Source: Anaeramoeba ignava BMAN (taxonomy: Eukaryota > Protista > Anaeramoebae). Taken from it: a stretch of DNA of 64,000 bases. This document shows, piece by piece, positions 1 through 14,864 of the stretch. Numbering within the stretch: position 1 is the first letter of the stretch; the number at the start of each line of letters is the position of its first letter. Made by a program: the position numbers and the translations under genes. Location: NCBI GenBank assembly GCA_028826165.1, contig JAPDFW010000128.1:85220-149219 (forward strand), written 5' to 3'. The notes beneath the pieces are model-generated. The model had not been told where the DNA came from. It worked only from the letters and a program-made list of their open reading frames with translations, and made no database searches.

Positions 1-3000
1 AAATTGCAATTCTAATTAATACTTTAATTGATTCAATGTTTTTAGGTTTAATTTCAGCTGTGCTTCTTAATAAAGTAAAGCTTGTTAATGATTTAACAAA
101 AATACTTCTTTCTAAATCCATATAAAATAATCCTGCAATTTTAATAGCATATCTAAAACCAGCAAGACATTCTTTAGCAATTTTTATATCATCAGTTTCT
201 TCAAGTATTGATGAAAAAGAAGCTAAAATATCTCTCCATGCAATTTCAAACATTGGTCTTGCATGAGCAACATGAGTTGCTGTATAAAATAAAGGATCAT
301 TAAATAATGTTTGTTGATTAAATAGTTCTTGAGATTTTTGGATCATTTTTTCACTTTCTTGAAGAAATAATTCAACTTTTTGTTTTGGAGTTAAAAATTC
401 TAAATAATTTATAAAAAAGAAAATATTAAATTTTTTGAAATTTGAAATTAGAAATTTTTTCTAAATTTTTCTACCATCTCTTTGAGAAAGATGAAATTCT
501 TTTTCATCACCATCCATTTTCATTTCAATAGAAATAACATCATCATAAATTTTAGAAAGAAATTCAGGAGGAAGATCATTTCCAGAATCAATTCCTCTAT
601 TATTAGAAATAAATTCTTCTTTTGTCATTTTATTCTTAATTCTAGAACTATGTGCATCAGTATGAAGCATAATAACAGCATAAGCCATTACATAAGCAGT
701 ATCTGCACTTGAAAAAATATGTGGATTATTTTGACAAAATTTCTCTGAAAATTTTTCCATTATTCTGTCTATTTTTTGTGATTCTCCTGGAAGTCGAAAT
801 CCTAATAAAAAGTTTCTTAACGCTGAATAAAAATCCATTCCTGTAAAATCTAATGTATCAACCCAATTATGTAAAACCTGTAAGCAAAAAGGATTTGGAT
901 TTCCTAAATATTCTCCTATTTGTAATTTGCTTAAACCTTCTGTGTTTCTCATAAAATTTGTAATTGCTTCAACTGTATTTTCTAATTGATTATTTTCAAT
1001 TAAAAATGCAATTCCCTTTTTTTGATTTGATTTGATTTTAAATAAATATTTTAATTTAATTAATTTAATTTAATTAAATTTACTCGTCGAGAAGAACGAT
1101 TAAACAATTCAATTCCTTGTTCAAATATTTTTTTATCTTCAAATTGTTTTTCAAGAGTTTCAGGTAATTTCACATTTAATTGTGATTTTTCTTTTTTTCC
1201 AATAAAACTTTTTAAATGATAAGAAGATAATCTAAGTTGAGAAGAAACCTTATTTTTAGCAATATGAACTTCATCATCATCATCAATATTAACATTATCA
1301 TCAGTAATTTTCTGATTTTCAAATTGAAATTGGTCTTCTTTGTCCTCATTTTGTGATTCACTTTGATGAGGTATTTGTATTTCAGAAAATTCATCTTCTG
1401 TAGTTGAAAAATCAGAAGGATGTTTTGGATCATTTAATTTTCCTTTTGATTTCATTTCATTTTCATTTAAACCCAAATCTTCACTCCAAAGCATTGTTGA
1501 TTTTGTAATTGTAAATAAAATTCTCAAACAAAATTTTCGGAGTGATGCATGTTGTTCATTTGTCATCCAATTTTCCATTTCTTGTCTATATATTTCACGA
1601 GACATTTTGGATAATATTTGAACTAATCGTTCAAAAATACTTGATGATATTGTTTTTGTTCCACAATCATAATTTACAAAGATATCAACGATATTTTGTG
1701 GATCTTTGCATATATTTAAAAAGGTTTTTAGTAAATATCCCTTTTGTTGATATGTACTATTTTTACTTTCAAGAATTTGAAGGAAATTATTCAAAAAAAC
1801 TCCAATTTCATTCTTTTTTTTTTAAAAAGAAATATTAATATTTAAATTAAAATTAAAATTAAAATTAAAATATTTTTTACTTTCAAATAATATCTAAAAA
1901 TATTGAATAAGGAATTGAAAAGAGAATAAACAATTTTAAGAACAGGAATTGTTGAAGAAACTCCATTTTTTAAAACAGAAACACATAATTCTTGTTTAAC
2001 TTTCAAAATGAAATCTTGAGATGAATGAAATTCAATACTACTATTCAATACCATTTGATTTAAAAGCTCCAAACTTAAAATTTTTCCACGAAGACTTTCT
2101 GAATTTGATTTTAAAGATTCTTTACAAAAATAAGAAAGAATTAAACCTCCATCTTGAATATCGTTTTGTGATATTTCTCTTGAATTATCTTGAATTAATT
2201 TATCTTTTTTTAAGTTATTTTTTTGATGTTTTTTAGTTTTGAGTTTAATATTTTTATCTTCATCAATAACTTGAGGTTTTGTTATTTGATTTTGATTTTG
2301 ATTTTGATTTTGATTTAAATTTTTTTCATTTTCATTTTCATTTTGATTTTCATTATTTTTTAAATTTTGATTTTCTTTCTTTTTTTGATTTTGATTTTGA
2401 TTTTGATTTATTTTTGTCATGCTTGGATCAAATTTTAAAACAGCATTTACTAATTGAACTAAAAGACCTTTTGCTGTTAATTGATTATTTTGATTTTTGC
2501 TTTGTGTATAAACTGCAAAAAATGTTTTTGTAATTTTTAATAAACTTTCTCCACGAATTTCAACTTTTTTATTTATAACAATTTCAAATAAAGTCTAAAA
2601 GAGAAAAATTTTAATAATTTTTAATAAATTTTTAATAAATTTTAATAATTTATTACTTGAATTGCTTTTAATTTTGTAATTTCATCTGATAAATTTGAAC
2701 AATGAATAATATCATCAATTGCAATATCAACAATTCGTTGAGAATTATTATCAGGAAAATAAAAATCTTGAGTAAAATAATTATAACTTGCCATTTTCTA
2801 AATAAAATGAAAGAAAAAATTTTTTTAAATTGATTTTTAAATTCAAATTCAAATTCAAATTGATTTTTAAATTCAAATTGATTTTCAAATTGATTTTTAA
2901 ATTAAAATTTTACATGAAGTGCATTAAGTGAAGCAGTAATAAATTTTGAGTTTTTGAAATTAATTGCTAAATGAAATGGTTCAAAAAAGAAATTATTTTT

Positions 3001-3467
3001 ATAATTTTTAATTTATTTCTGAAAATTTAAATAGAATTTATTTTAAAATTAAATTTTAAATTTTAAATTTTGGTTTTAAATTGATTTTTTTACTTGGTTT
3101 TTTGAGCAAAATCTAATTTTAAAAGAAAAAATTTTAATTTTAATTTTAATTTTAAATTTTAATTTTAATTTTAATTTTTACTTGGTTTTTTGAGCAAAAT
3201 CTAATTTTAAAAGAAAAAATTTTAATTTTAATTTTAATTTTAATTTTAATTTTAATTTTAATTTTAATTTTAATTTTAATTTTAATTTTAATTTTAATTT
3301 TAATTTTAATTTTTATTTTTATTCTCATTTTTAATTGAAAAATCAAAACAAAAAAAAAATTTTTTACCTAAAGCCTCTTTACAAGAATTTCTTAAAGGTT
3401 TAAATTTATTTGAATTTCCAGATTTTCCTTGAATTTCATTTAAAGCAATTTTAATAAAAGGAAGCAT
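1..3467 (-). CDS. BIG/Sec7-type large ARF guanine nucleotide exchange factor (multi-exon, 3' end runs off the window)
   Basis: ATG at 3467 (MLPFIKIALNE); DCB-like FEPFHLAINFKNSKFITASLNALH; HUS-like FVNYDC; Sec7 domain with FRLPGESQKIDRIMEKF and YAVIMLHTDAH; BIG-type ATHVAHARPMFEIAW. Hand-inferred exons 3467-3368, a 19-nt microexon (3200-3182 or 3112-3094), 3018-2914, 2797-2658, 2594-1881, 1812-1084, 1015-475, 399-<1. One junction near 3018 needs a 1-nt correction. Confidence 0.93.
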
Positions 3468-3640
3468 TTAAATTTAATTTAAAAAAAAAAATAAAGTAAA
3501 AAAATGAAAAATGAAAAAATAAAAATGAAAAAAAAAATATTTTTTGAAATTTTTTTAAATAAAAATACGTTTTTTCAATTTAAATTTTAAATCTAAAAAT
3601 CTAAAAATTAAGAATTGAAATTTTTAATTTGCAAAAATTT

Positions 3641-5609
3641 TTATTTTTTCATTTGAATTTTTTGTAAAGTTTCTTTGATTAATTTTGAATTTTGTTTGTG
3701 AAATTCAATTTGATTTGAAACAAAATCTTTTAAAGAATTTTGGAAACTACTTGCATGTTGAGTATGAAAAAAATCAATTTCTGTAAGAGAAATTATCAAA
3801 TTTTTTGCAAGTTTTGATTCCTTTTCATTAAATTGATTTTGATTAATGCTAATATTATTGATGATATTAATATTATTTTTGGATTCAATATTTTGAATTT
3901 TTTTATCATCATTTTCAATTGAAATTTTTGATAGATTTTCTTTTGATTCTTTTTCTTGTTTGATTTTCAATTCATTTCGATAATTTATGTGATATTTCTT
4001 CTCGAGAAATTGTGATATTTTATTTTTTTGTGAGTATTCCAAACTTTCTTGAATAACTTGTGATTCTTTTATATAATCCATAATTGGTTCAACAAAATTT
4101 TCAGTTTCATTTTTCATTTTATGTTTCCATAAATAAGATATTTTTTGGCAACATTCAGAAACCAAATTAAACATGTTTTTCCATTGTGTTTGTTCTTGAA
4201 TAGTGTTGATTTTCCAACAGAAATTTGTTTTATGGATTGAATCCAAAATTGTCCCTAATTTGTCAAAAAGGTGAAAAATTTCATCGTAGTGATTATTTGT
4301 CATTTGAGAAGCGAAATTCTCAAGAATGCGCATGTTTTTATCAAATGCAATATTGATTCTTTGGAATTGAAACAGCTCTTTTATTTGAGTTTCTTTTAGT
4401 TGAATATTTGGAGAAAAAATAACATGATCCAAAAATGGTTCCATATTTTTCATTTTTTTCCTAATTAAATTTTTCCCAATTTTCCAATTTTTATGATCAG
4501 GTGCATATATAAAATGAAGGAATATCGGTGATTTTTGTAAAACTGGATGAAGAGCAACTCTATTAAGAAATGATTCTAATTTTCGTCTTCTTTTGTTCAA
4601 AACTTTTTTCTCAAATCTTCCTCCAATTTGTTTTTCAGGTAAAACTGGAATTGGAATTAATTTATATCTTGTTTGCATTCTTTCTCTAATCCAAAGGAAA
4701 TGTTTAAATCTTTGTTTGACGATTACATCCTTATATTTATATTTTTTTAAAAAAATTATATTATTTTAAAATTATATTTATATTATTTTTTATTATTTTT
4801 TTACATCATGAATTATTTCATAAAGTGAAAATTTTTTTAATCCTTTATATTTTCCCATTTTTGTTGGTTCTTTAACTTTAAATATTTTTGATTTTTTTGA
4901 TGATAATTTTTTCCATTTAAAATTATCCTAATTTTGAAAATGTAAATTTTAAATAAATAATTAATTAAATTCAAATTAAATTCAAATTAAATAAAAATTT
5001 TTTACAAGAATTTCGAAATTTTGTTCTTTAAATTCAAATGTATATTCTTGAGGATTAGTTTGAATATGATGATGATCATCTAAAAGAAAATTTAAAAGGA
5101 ATAAAAATTTAAAATCAAAAAAGAAGAAAAAAATTACTTGAAATATTTGAAGTAATTAATTTTTGTTCGAATTGATTTTCATTTTGAATTTGATTTTCAT
5201 TTTGATTTTCATTTTGAATTTGATTTTCAATTTTATTTTCATTTTGATTTTCATTTTGATTTTCATTTTGATTTTCAATTTCATTTTGATTTTGATTTTG
5301 ATTTTGATTTTGATTTTGATTTTCATTTTGATTATTTTCATTTTCATTTTCAATTTGATTTTCATTTTCATTTTCATTTTCATTTTCATTATTTTCATTT
5401 TCATAATTTTCAAATAAAGGAAAATTTTCAAATTCTTTTAAATTTTTAACACAATCTTTTGGAAAAAAACCAACAACATCTTCTAATTCACCAATAAACC
5501 AACCAGAATCATGTTCTTTAAGGATTTTTACAACATCTCCTTTTTGAAGTGTCAGTTCATTTTCTTCTTGAGAAATAAATGGAAAAATTACAATTGCAAA
5601 AGAAGTCAT
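3641..5609 (-). CDS. SH3-PX-BAR sorting nexin (SNX9/18/33-like), 4 exons
   Basis: N-terminal SH3 (ELTLQKGDVV...GWFIG...GFFP); NE/NQ repeat linker; PX (QRFKHFLWI...IPIPVLPEKQIGGRFE...RRRKLESFLNRVALHPVL); helical BAR-like C-terminus. Exons about 5609-5138, 5079-5006, 4927-4805, 4729-3641. Confidence 0.85.
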
Positions 5610-5762
5610 CGTTAAATAATTAATAAAATAATTAATAAAATTAAAAAATGAAAAAAAATTTAGGAAAATAAAGAAAAGAGAAAAAAATGAAAAAAAAATA
5701 TTTGAAAAAAAAAATTTTTATTTAAAAAAAAAAGAGCAAAAAAAAAAAAAAATTTGGATTGT

Positions 5763-7278
5763 TTATTTTCTTTTTTTGTTTCTTTTTTTATTTTCTTGTT
5801 TTGTTTTCTTTTGAATTTTTTCTGTTTCATTTTCTTTTGTAGTTGTTGAATATTGAATTGCTTTTTCTTTTAATGTATCTAAAATTTTTGCAAATATGGT
5901 TACAACTTGTTTATAATATTTAGTTAAAAATTTTTCAATTTGTGGTTCATGATCATTTACAAATTTTGTAATTGGTTGAAAAACAAGATCAAGAATTTTT
6001 TCTGTTTGTTCATTTTGTTTATAAATCTTTAATTAAATTTAAATAAAAATAAATAAAAATAAAAAATTAGGGAAAATAAATTAAAATATTTGATGAAATA
6101 AATTAAATTGAATATTGAAATGAATATTAAATATTAAATTGAATATTGAATTAAATATTAAATTGAATATTGAATTGAATATTGAATATTGAATTAAATG
6201 AATATTGAATTAAATTGAATTGAATATTGAATATTGAATTGAATATTGAATTGAATATTAAATATTGAATTGAATATTGATTTAAATATTGAATATTGAA
6301 TATTGAATATTGAATATTGAATATTGAATTGAATATTAAATTCAATATTGAATATTGAATTGAATATTAAATATTGAATATTGAATTGAAGAATATTGAA
6401 TAAGAAATTGAATTGAATTGAATATTGAATTGAATATTGGAATGAATATTGAATGAATATTGAATATTGAATATTGAATTGAATATTGAATATTGAATTG
6501 AATTGAATATTGAATATTGAATATTGAATTGAATTGAATATTGAATTGAATATTGAATATTGAATATTGAATATTGAATATTGAATATTGAATATTGAAT
6601 TGAATATTGAATTGAAATTGAATTGAATTGAATATTGAATATTGAATTGAATATTGAATTGAAATTGAATGAATATTGAAATGAATATTGAATCGAAATT
6701 GAATTGAATATTGAATGAATCGAATTGAATATTGAATATTGAAATATTGAATTGAAATTGAAAATTGAATATTGAATATTGAAAAATTAAAAATTATTTG
6801 ATGAAATAATTGAAAAATTGAATATTGAAATAAGATTAAAATTAAAATAATTGATGAAATAATTAAAATTGAAATAATTGATGAAATAATTAAAATAATT
6901 GATGAAATAATTAAAATAATTGATGAATTAATTAAAATAAGATTTAAATTGAAATAATTAAAATAAATTGAGAATTAATTCAATTTAAAAAGTAATTGTT
7001 TTTATTTTTTGATTTTTTTATTTATAAATTCTTACAAAAAGTTCAATTGAAATAAGCATTATCATTAATGATTTTGCCCAAAAATAAAAGGGAATCCAAG
7101 CAATAAGTAAATCTCCAAATGTTTCTATTGCTTTAAATGATGAAAAAAAAACCCAATATTTAAATAAAACTGTAATTTTATCTTTTTGATTTGTTTGAAC
7201 ATTTTTAAGTGAAACATAAATAGGAATAAGCCAACCAAAAACAAAAATAAGTAATTTTGAAATTAAATGAGAAGCCAT
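5763..7278 (-). CDS. REEP/Yop1/HVA22 (TB2/DP1) ER-shaping protein, 2 exons
   Basis: FGWLIPIYVSLK...YWV...E..GD..IAWIPFYFWAK signature; exon 1 7278-7036, about 1 kb intron, exon 2 6026-5763 in frame (FVNDHEPQIEKFL), ending in basic NKKRK. Confidence 0.88.
6100..6960. repeat. Intronic satellite of AATATTG/AATTG units
   Basis: Directly visible tandem repeats filling the REEP intron. Confidence 0.95.
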
Positions 7279-7486
7279 TAAAGGAAAAAAAGGAAAAAAA
7301 GAAAAAAGGAAAATTTTAAAACAAAATTTTTAAAAAGGAAAAAAAAATGAAAAAAAAAATAATTTTTTTAAGTTTTTCATTTTTTCATTTTTTTTAATCA
7401 TAAAAAAAAATTTTGTTTTAATTTTTAATTTTTAATTTCTTCATTTTTTTTTTTAAACAACAAAAACGAAAAAATTTTTTTTAATT

Positions 7487-10039
7487 ATGAATCAAAATCA
7501 AAATCAAAATCAAAATCAAAATCAAAATCAAAATCAAAATCAAAATCAAAAAATTTTAATTCAAGAAAAAAATTCATTTAATACAAATTTAACTCATTTA
7601 GATGAAAATTTTTTGATAAGTTCAGATGATAATTTTCAAGAAGAAACATTTAATTTTGATGGAGAAGAACTTTTAAGTGATAATATTAATAATTCGAACA
7701 ATAAAATCAATGAAAATAATGAAAATAATGAAAATAATGAAAATATAAATGAACAAATTCAATTCAAAGAATTTGGAAAAAAATCAATTATTCAAAATAA
7801 AGATGATCAAATCAAAACAGAAGAAAAAGACCATCAAATTCAATCAAAAAGTAGTGAAAAAAAACAAGAAAATTTATTAAAAAGAAAAATGCAAAATTCT
7901 CCAATGAATTCAAGAATTAATTTGTCAAATCAAAAAGAATTTATTGAAAATCAACAATCAAATCCAAAACAAGAATATATACAGAATGAGCATTTAATTC
8001 ACAGTTATCATCATCAAGTTGAACCAACAGCACCACCTTTAGAAACAGAAAACCAAAATCAAAATTTCAAAATCAAAATCAAAATCAAAATCAAAATCAA
8101 AATCAAAATCAAAATCAAAATCAAAATCAAAATCAAAATCAAAATCAAAATCAAAATCAAAATCAAAATCAAAATCAAAATCAAAATCAAAATCAAAATC
8201 AAAATCAAAATCAAAATCAAAATCAAAATCAAAATCAAAATCAAAATCAAAATCAAAATCAAAATCAAAATCAAAATCAAAATCAAAATCAAAATCAAAA
8301 TCAAAATCAAAATCAAAATCAAAATCAAAATCAAAATCAAAATCTAAAATCAAAATTAAAATCAAAAAATCATTCAACAACCCCATTCTTATGAAAAACA
8401 TCACCCAAAATTTAATGGTAATTATCAAAGAAGAAATGTCTCTAGATCTCTTAATAAATCATTTTCAAAAAAAGGAAAAAAATCACAAAAGAAAAAAGAG
8501 ATCGAAGAAAAAAGCAATTTATCAACAATACAAAAACAAAAAGAAGCAGGAAAAATAATTGCAGATTCATTGCAACAAATCTTCACACAAGCAAAAACTA
8601 TTTATCCAAATGAAGATAATGAAAGTGAAACAGCACCAAAATATGATTTGCTTTATGTTAATGATCAATTAAATTATTTTGGATTCCAAACAATTCCAAA
8701 TGAATCATATCAAAATGAAAATGAGCAAAGAAAATGTCTTATTCAAAGATTAGTTGAGTTATTAGAGAGTTTGAAGCAAAAAGAAGAAAATATCCAACAT
8801 TTAAATCAAGAAAATTTTGGTATTCAACAAAAAATGGATGAATTAAACAAAATGAATCAACAATATATTCAAGAAAATCAAATGCTAAAAGATAAGATAA
8901 ATGATCTTGATAATGAGAATGAGAAATTAAAGAAAGAAAACCAAGAAATTTCTGAGAAATTAATTAAAAAAAAACAAGTAAAACAACAACAACAACAACA
9001 ACAATTACCCAATTTAGGAAGGAGATTATCAGTTCAAGAACAAGCCAAATATGATCAAGCACAAGTTCTTAAATCCCTTGTCAATTCTCAAAACTCTCCC
9101 AATTTACAAAATCAAAGAATTCGGGTTCTCAGTCAAAGTTTAAATGATCAACAATTATCACCTCGAAATTTCTTATCAAATATTTCTGCAATAAATTCCC
9201 AAGATTATCAATCAAATCAAGCAACAGAAATTTTGGAATCAGTTCAATCAAGTTTAAAAGTGAATGATTATTCCTTGATTATCCCCAAAATTAGCAAAAT
9301 GAAAAAGCAAGTTAGTGAACATGAAAAATTTCTTGATGAAGTTTTTTCATTGATTGAACCACTTGATTTTGATAATGAAAATCAAATGAATTTTTTCACT
9401 AAAAACTTATATCAGCAAAACACAAGTGTTTTTGATTACAAATCAAACCAAATCAAGCAAAGATTAAACAGTTGGCAAGAAGCAATTGCGAATATGAAAA
9501 AATTGAGAGATTTCCAACAAAAAGTTTCTAAAGAATTAAATCGAGCAAGTCTTTATGATGCAAATCAATTTTCAATTTTAACAAGTACAATTGAATCTTT
9601 TCAAAATTCATTTAGAGGACTTTTAAGAAATTCAAATCGAACAAAATCACAAGTTTCATTGGAAAAAATGATTAACCAAATTCGAGAAATTGTTGATTTT
9701 TATATTTCTCATTCCAAAATGAACCCAAATGAAAATCAATTTGAAAATCAACAGAATTTAAATTATTATAATCGTGATTCTTCTTTTAAACCTTCTATTC
9801 ATTCTTTTACTCGAGAAGCACAAATCATCAATCATTTCCAACAACTTTTTTCAATTTCTTCAATTGATGATGTTATTACTTCAATGAATAACTTATTTTT
9901 GGAAGTTAAAGAAGCAAATAGTAGATTACAAACTTTAAAGGAAACTTTAAGTCTTGATTCAAATTCTTCATTTAATGATTGTATTGAAGAAATTTATGAT
10001 TTGATTTATTACGCAAAAATTTCAAAAGAAAAAAAGTAA
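7487..10039 (+). CDS. CEP70-like coiled-coil protein; frame disturbed inside a (CAAAAT)n tract
   Basis: ORFs 7487-8347 and 8570-10039 share a frame and are separated only by TAA variants of the hexamer at 8345 and 8357. C-terminal HFQQLFSISSIDDVITSMNNLFLEVKEANSRLQTLKETLSLDSNSS resembles the CEP70 C-terminus (by eye). Confidence 0.6.
8050..8365 (+). repeat. (CAAAAT)n microsatellite, about 50 units
   Basis: Near-perfect hexamer array. Confidence 0.97.
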
Positions 10040-10267
10040 AAAAAAAAAACAAACAAATTAAGAAAAAGCAAAAAAAAAAAAATTAACTTCAAAGAAATTT
10101 TACAATTAAAAAAAAAAAAGCAAATAAAAAAAGTGGAACAAAAAAAAAATTTTTTTCTTTTTCTCTTTATTATTCTTATTCTTATTATTATAATAATAAT
10201 ATTAGTTAGTTTTAAATAAAAAGTAAAAAAAAAAAAAAGTGGAACAAAAAAATGGACAAAATATTTT

Positions 10268-12601
<2,334 letters not shown>

Positions 12602-12805
12602 TTTTTTTTATAACGAAAATAAAAGAAAAATAAAATAAGAAAACTTATTTGAATTAATAAATTGTTGGAAATTAAAAAATAAAGAAAAAAAATGAAAAAA
12701 TGATTTTTTAAAAAATAATTTTTGATTTAAGTTTTTTATTTGATTTTTTTTTTTTGGATTTTGAAAAGAAAAAAGAAACATTGCTTTTTTTTTTTAAAAG
12801 AAAAA

Positions 12806-14446
12806 TCAATTAGAAAAATCATTTTCATCTTCAAAATCATCATCATCATCAAAAAAAGGTTTATAATTTTTTGAATTTGATTTTGATTTTGATTTTGAAT
12901 TTGATTTTGTTTTCGTTTTCTTAAATGTTCGATTATTATTTTCTTTTGATCTTTTTTTATTTGGTTGTTTAACATGTTGTTCAATTTTCTCAACTCTTTT
13001 TAATAATTCTTCTTCTTTTGAAACGAAAGAAGAATCTGAATTGGAATCACTTTGTTCTAAAGGTGAATTTTTTGGATTTTCAAAATGTTCAATTACATTT
13101 TGTTGGAAATTTGTCATTAAATGTTTTGCAGTTAAAACTAAAGAATGAATATTAATAACTTGTTCGCTATTTAATGAATTTTTCAAATTATTTCCGTTGG
13201 AGAATCTCATAAGAATATTTCCAATATTTTCAAGTGAGAGATCAATTTTCTCCAGAACCATTTGTAACAGTTTCGTTTGGCTTTTTTCTTGTTCTTGAAG
13301 TTGATTTTCAAGTAAAGAAAGTTGTTTTTGTTGTTTGTTGATCTTTTTTTCTTGCATTCGTAGAATTGTTTCTTTTGGTGTTCTTGATTTCTGGTTTGAG
13401 AACCATCGCGACACCCTCTTCTTGTCCCATTTTAAATGTTCAGCAAGTGACTCTAGCTCCTTTTGTGTCGGATTTTGGTTCTTGACAAAAAATTGTTTCA
13501 GAAAATTTTTTTCTTGTTTTGTTGGCATTCTTCTTTGAGTTGCTCTTTTTTTCGTTGTTTTGTTGTCATCATTAGATATTGAAGTGGAGAAAGTGTTTTC
13601 ATTCAATGTGTTGTTTGCTGATACATTCGTGTTTTGGACTTTGGATTGTCTCTTTTTTGATTTTGTTGCCAAAGATGATTTTTCGATTTTTTGATGTTGA
13701 TCATTTTGTGAATTTTTTTGAACTAGCAAATTTTTATTTAATCCAAGAGGATCTGGAATGGAGAATCTTTTCTCAAGATTTTCTAAGTTTAAAGGTGTGT
13801 CTTTGCTGTTCAAATCTTCATTCCATTTTTCATTTTGAATTTGATTTTGAATTTCATTTTGAATTTGAATTTCATTTAAATTTTCATTTGAATTTTCATT
13901 TTGAGAAAAAGAATTTGGTAAAGAAAAATTTTTTCCTGGAAGGTTTTCTTGGGTTGTTTTGCTTGGATCATTACTCTGCGAGAAACTTGGATGCTGTTTT
14001 TGCGGATGAGTGTTTTTTGTTCTATTTGAAGAAATTATATAAAAAGGTGATTCGAGCAAAGGATCTTTGGGAAAAGATTCTTGAGATTGATTGAGATTTG
14101 GGGCATTAAAAGGAGCTAATTCTCGAGAGGATCGACGAAAGAGGAAGGATGAATCTTCTGAAGTAGGTTGTGTGGAAATTACTTGGGGCATGTGTGGTTG
14201 GATGTAGTTATGTTGTTGGGTATAAGACTGAGGATTAATAGGAACAAATTGCGAAGGATTGAAAAATTTATAAGAATTTTGATTTTCAAATTTTTCGTTT
14301 AAAGAATTGTTTATTTTTTTATTTGGTTCCATTTCCATAATTCTTGGTGTTGAAATTGGTGTTGGACATGTTGATTTTTGTGGACGATAATTTGATAAAA
14401 GTTCTTCTTCATTCATCAAAATTGCTTTTATACATAAAGTTTCCAT
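12806..14446 (-). CDS. Homeodomain transcription factor with coiled-coil
   Basis: RRMPTKQEKNFLKQFFVKNQNPTQKELESLAEHLKWDKKRVSRWFSNQKSR has homeodomain spacing with WFxN; single ORF. Confidence 0.85.
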   Translation of the reverse strand: METLCIKAILMNEEELLSNYRPQKSTCPTPISTPRIMEMEPNKKINNSLNEKFENQNSYKFFNPSQFVPINPQSYTQQHNYIQPHMPQVISTQPTSEDSSFLFRRSSRELAPFNAPNLNQSQESFPKDPLLESPFYIISSNRTKNTHPQKQHPSFSQSNDPSKTTQENLPGKNFSLPNSFSQNENSNENLNEIQIQNEIQNQIQNEKWNEDLNSKDTPLNLENLEKRFSIPDPLGLNKNLLVQKNSQNDQHQKIEKSSLATKSKKRQSKVQNTNVSANNTLNENTFSTSISNDDNKTTKKRATQRRMPTKQEKNFLKQFFVKNQNPTQKELESLAEHLKWDKKRVSRWFSNQKSRTPKETILRMQEKKINKQQKQLSLLENQLQEQEKSQTKLLQMVLEKIDLSLENIGNILMRFSNGNNLKNSLNSEQVINIHSLVLTAKHLMTNFQQNVIEHFENPKNSPLEQSDSNSDSSFVSKEEELLKRVEKIEQHVKQPNKKRSKENNNRTFKKTKTKSNSKSKSKSNSKNYKPFFDDDDDFEDENDFSN

Positions 14447-14864
14447 TTTTGTATTTCAATTAAAAAAAAAACAAAAGCAAATAATAACTGTAATAAAAAT
14501 AACAGAAATTAAAACAAAAAGTGAAAAAATTTGTGAAAGAAAAAAAAAAATAAAAGGAAAAAAATGAACTAAAAAAAATGAGTTTTTTTGTCATTTTTTA
14601 TTTTAAATGACTAATTTTTATTCCTTAAAAAAATGAGTTTTCTCCTTTTAATTCCAATTAAAAAATTTAAATCTAAATATAAAAATAAAAACAAAAATTG
14701 AAAATCAAGAACTTTCTCTTTTTATTTTTCAATTAAAAATCAAGAACAAAAAAACAAAAACAAAAAAACAAAAACAAAAACAAAAACAAAAACAAAAACA
14801 AAAACAAAAACAAAGAAGATTTATATCACAAAAATTTTAATTATTAAATGAATTATCAAATAAT

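Noticed and set aside
8345-8359. TAA-to-Gln reassignment (ciliate/hexamitid code)
   Set aside because: TAA terminates most conserved genes at the expected positions and long ORFs contain no internal TAA.
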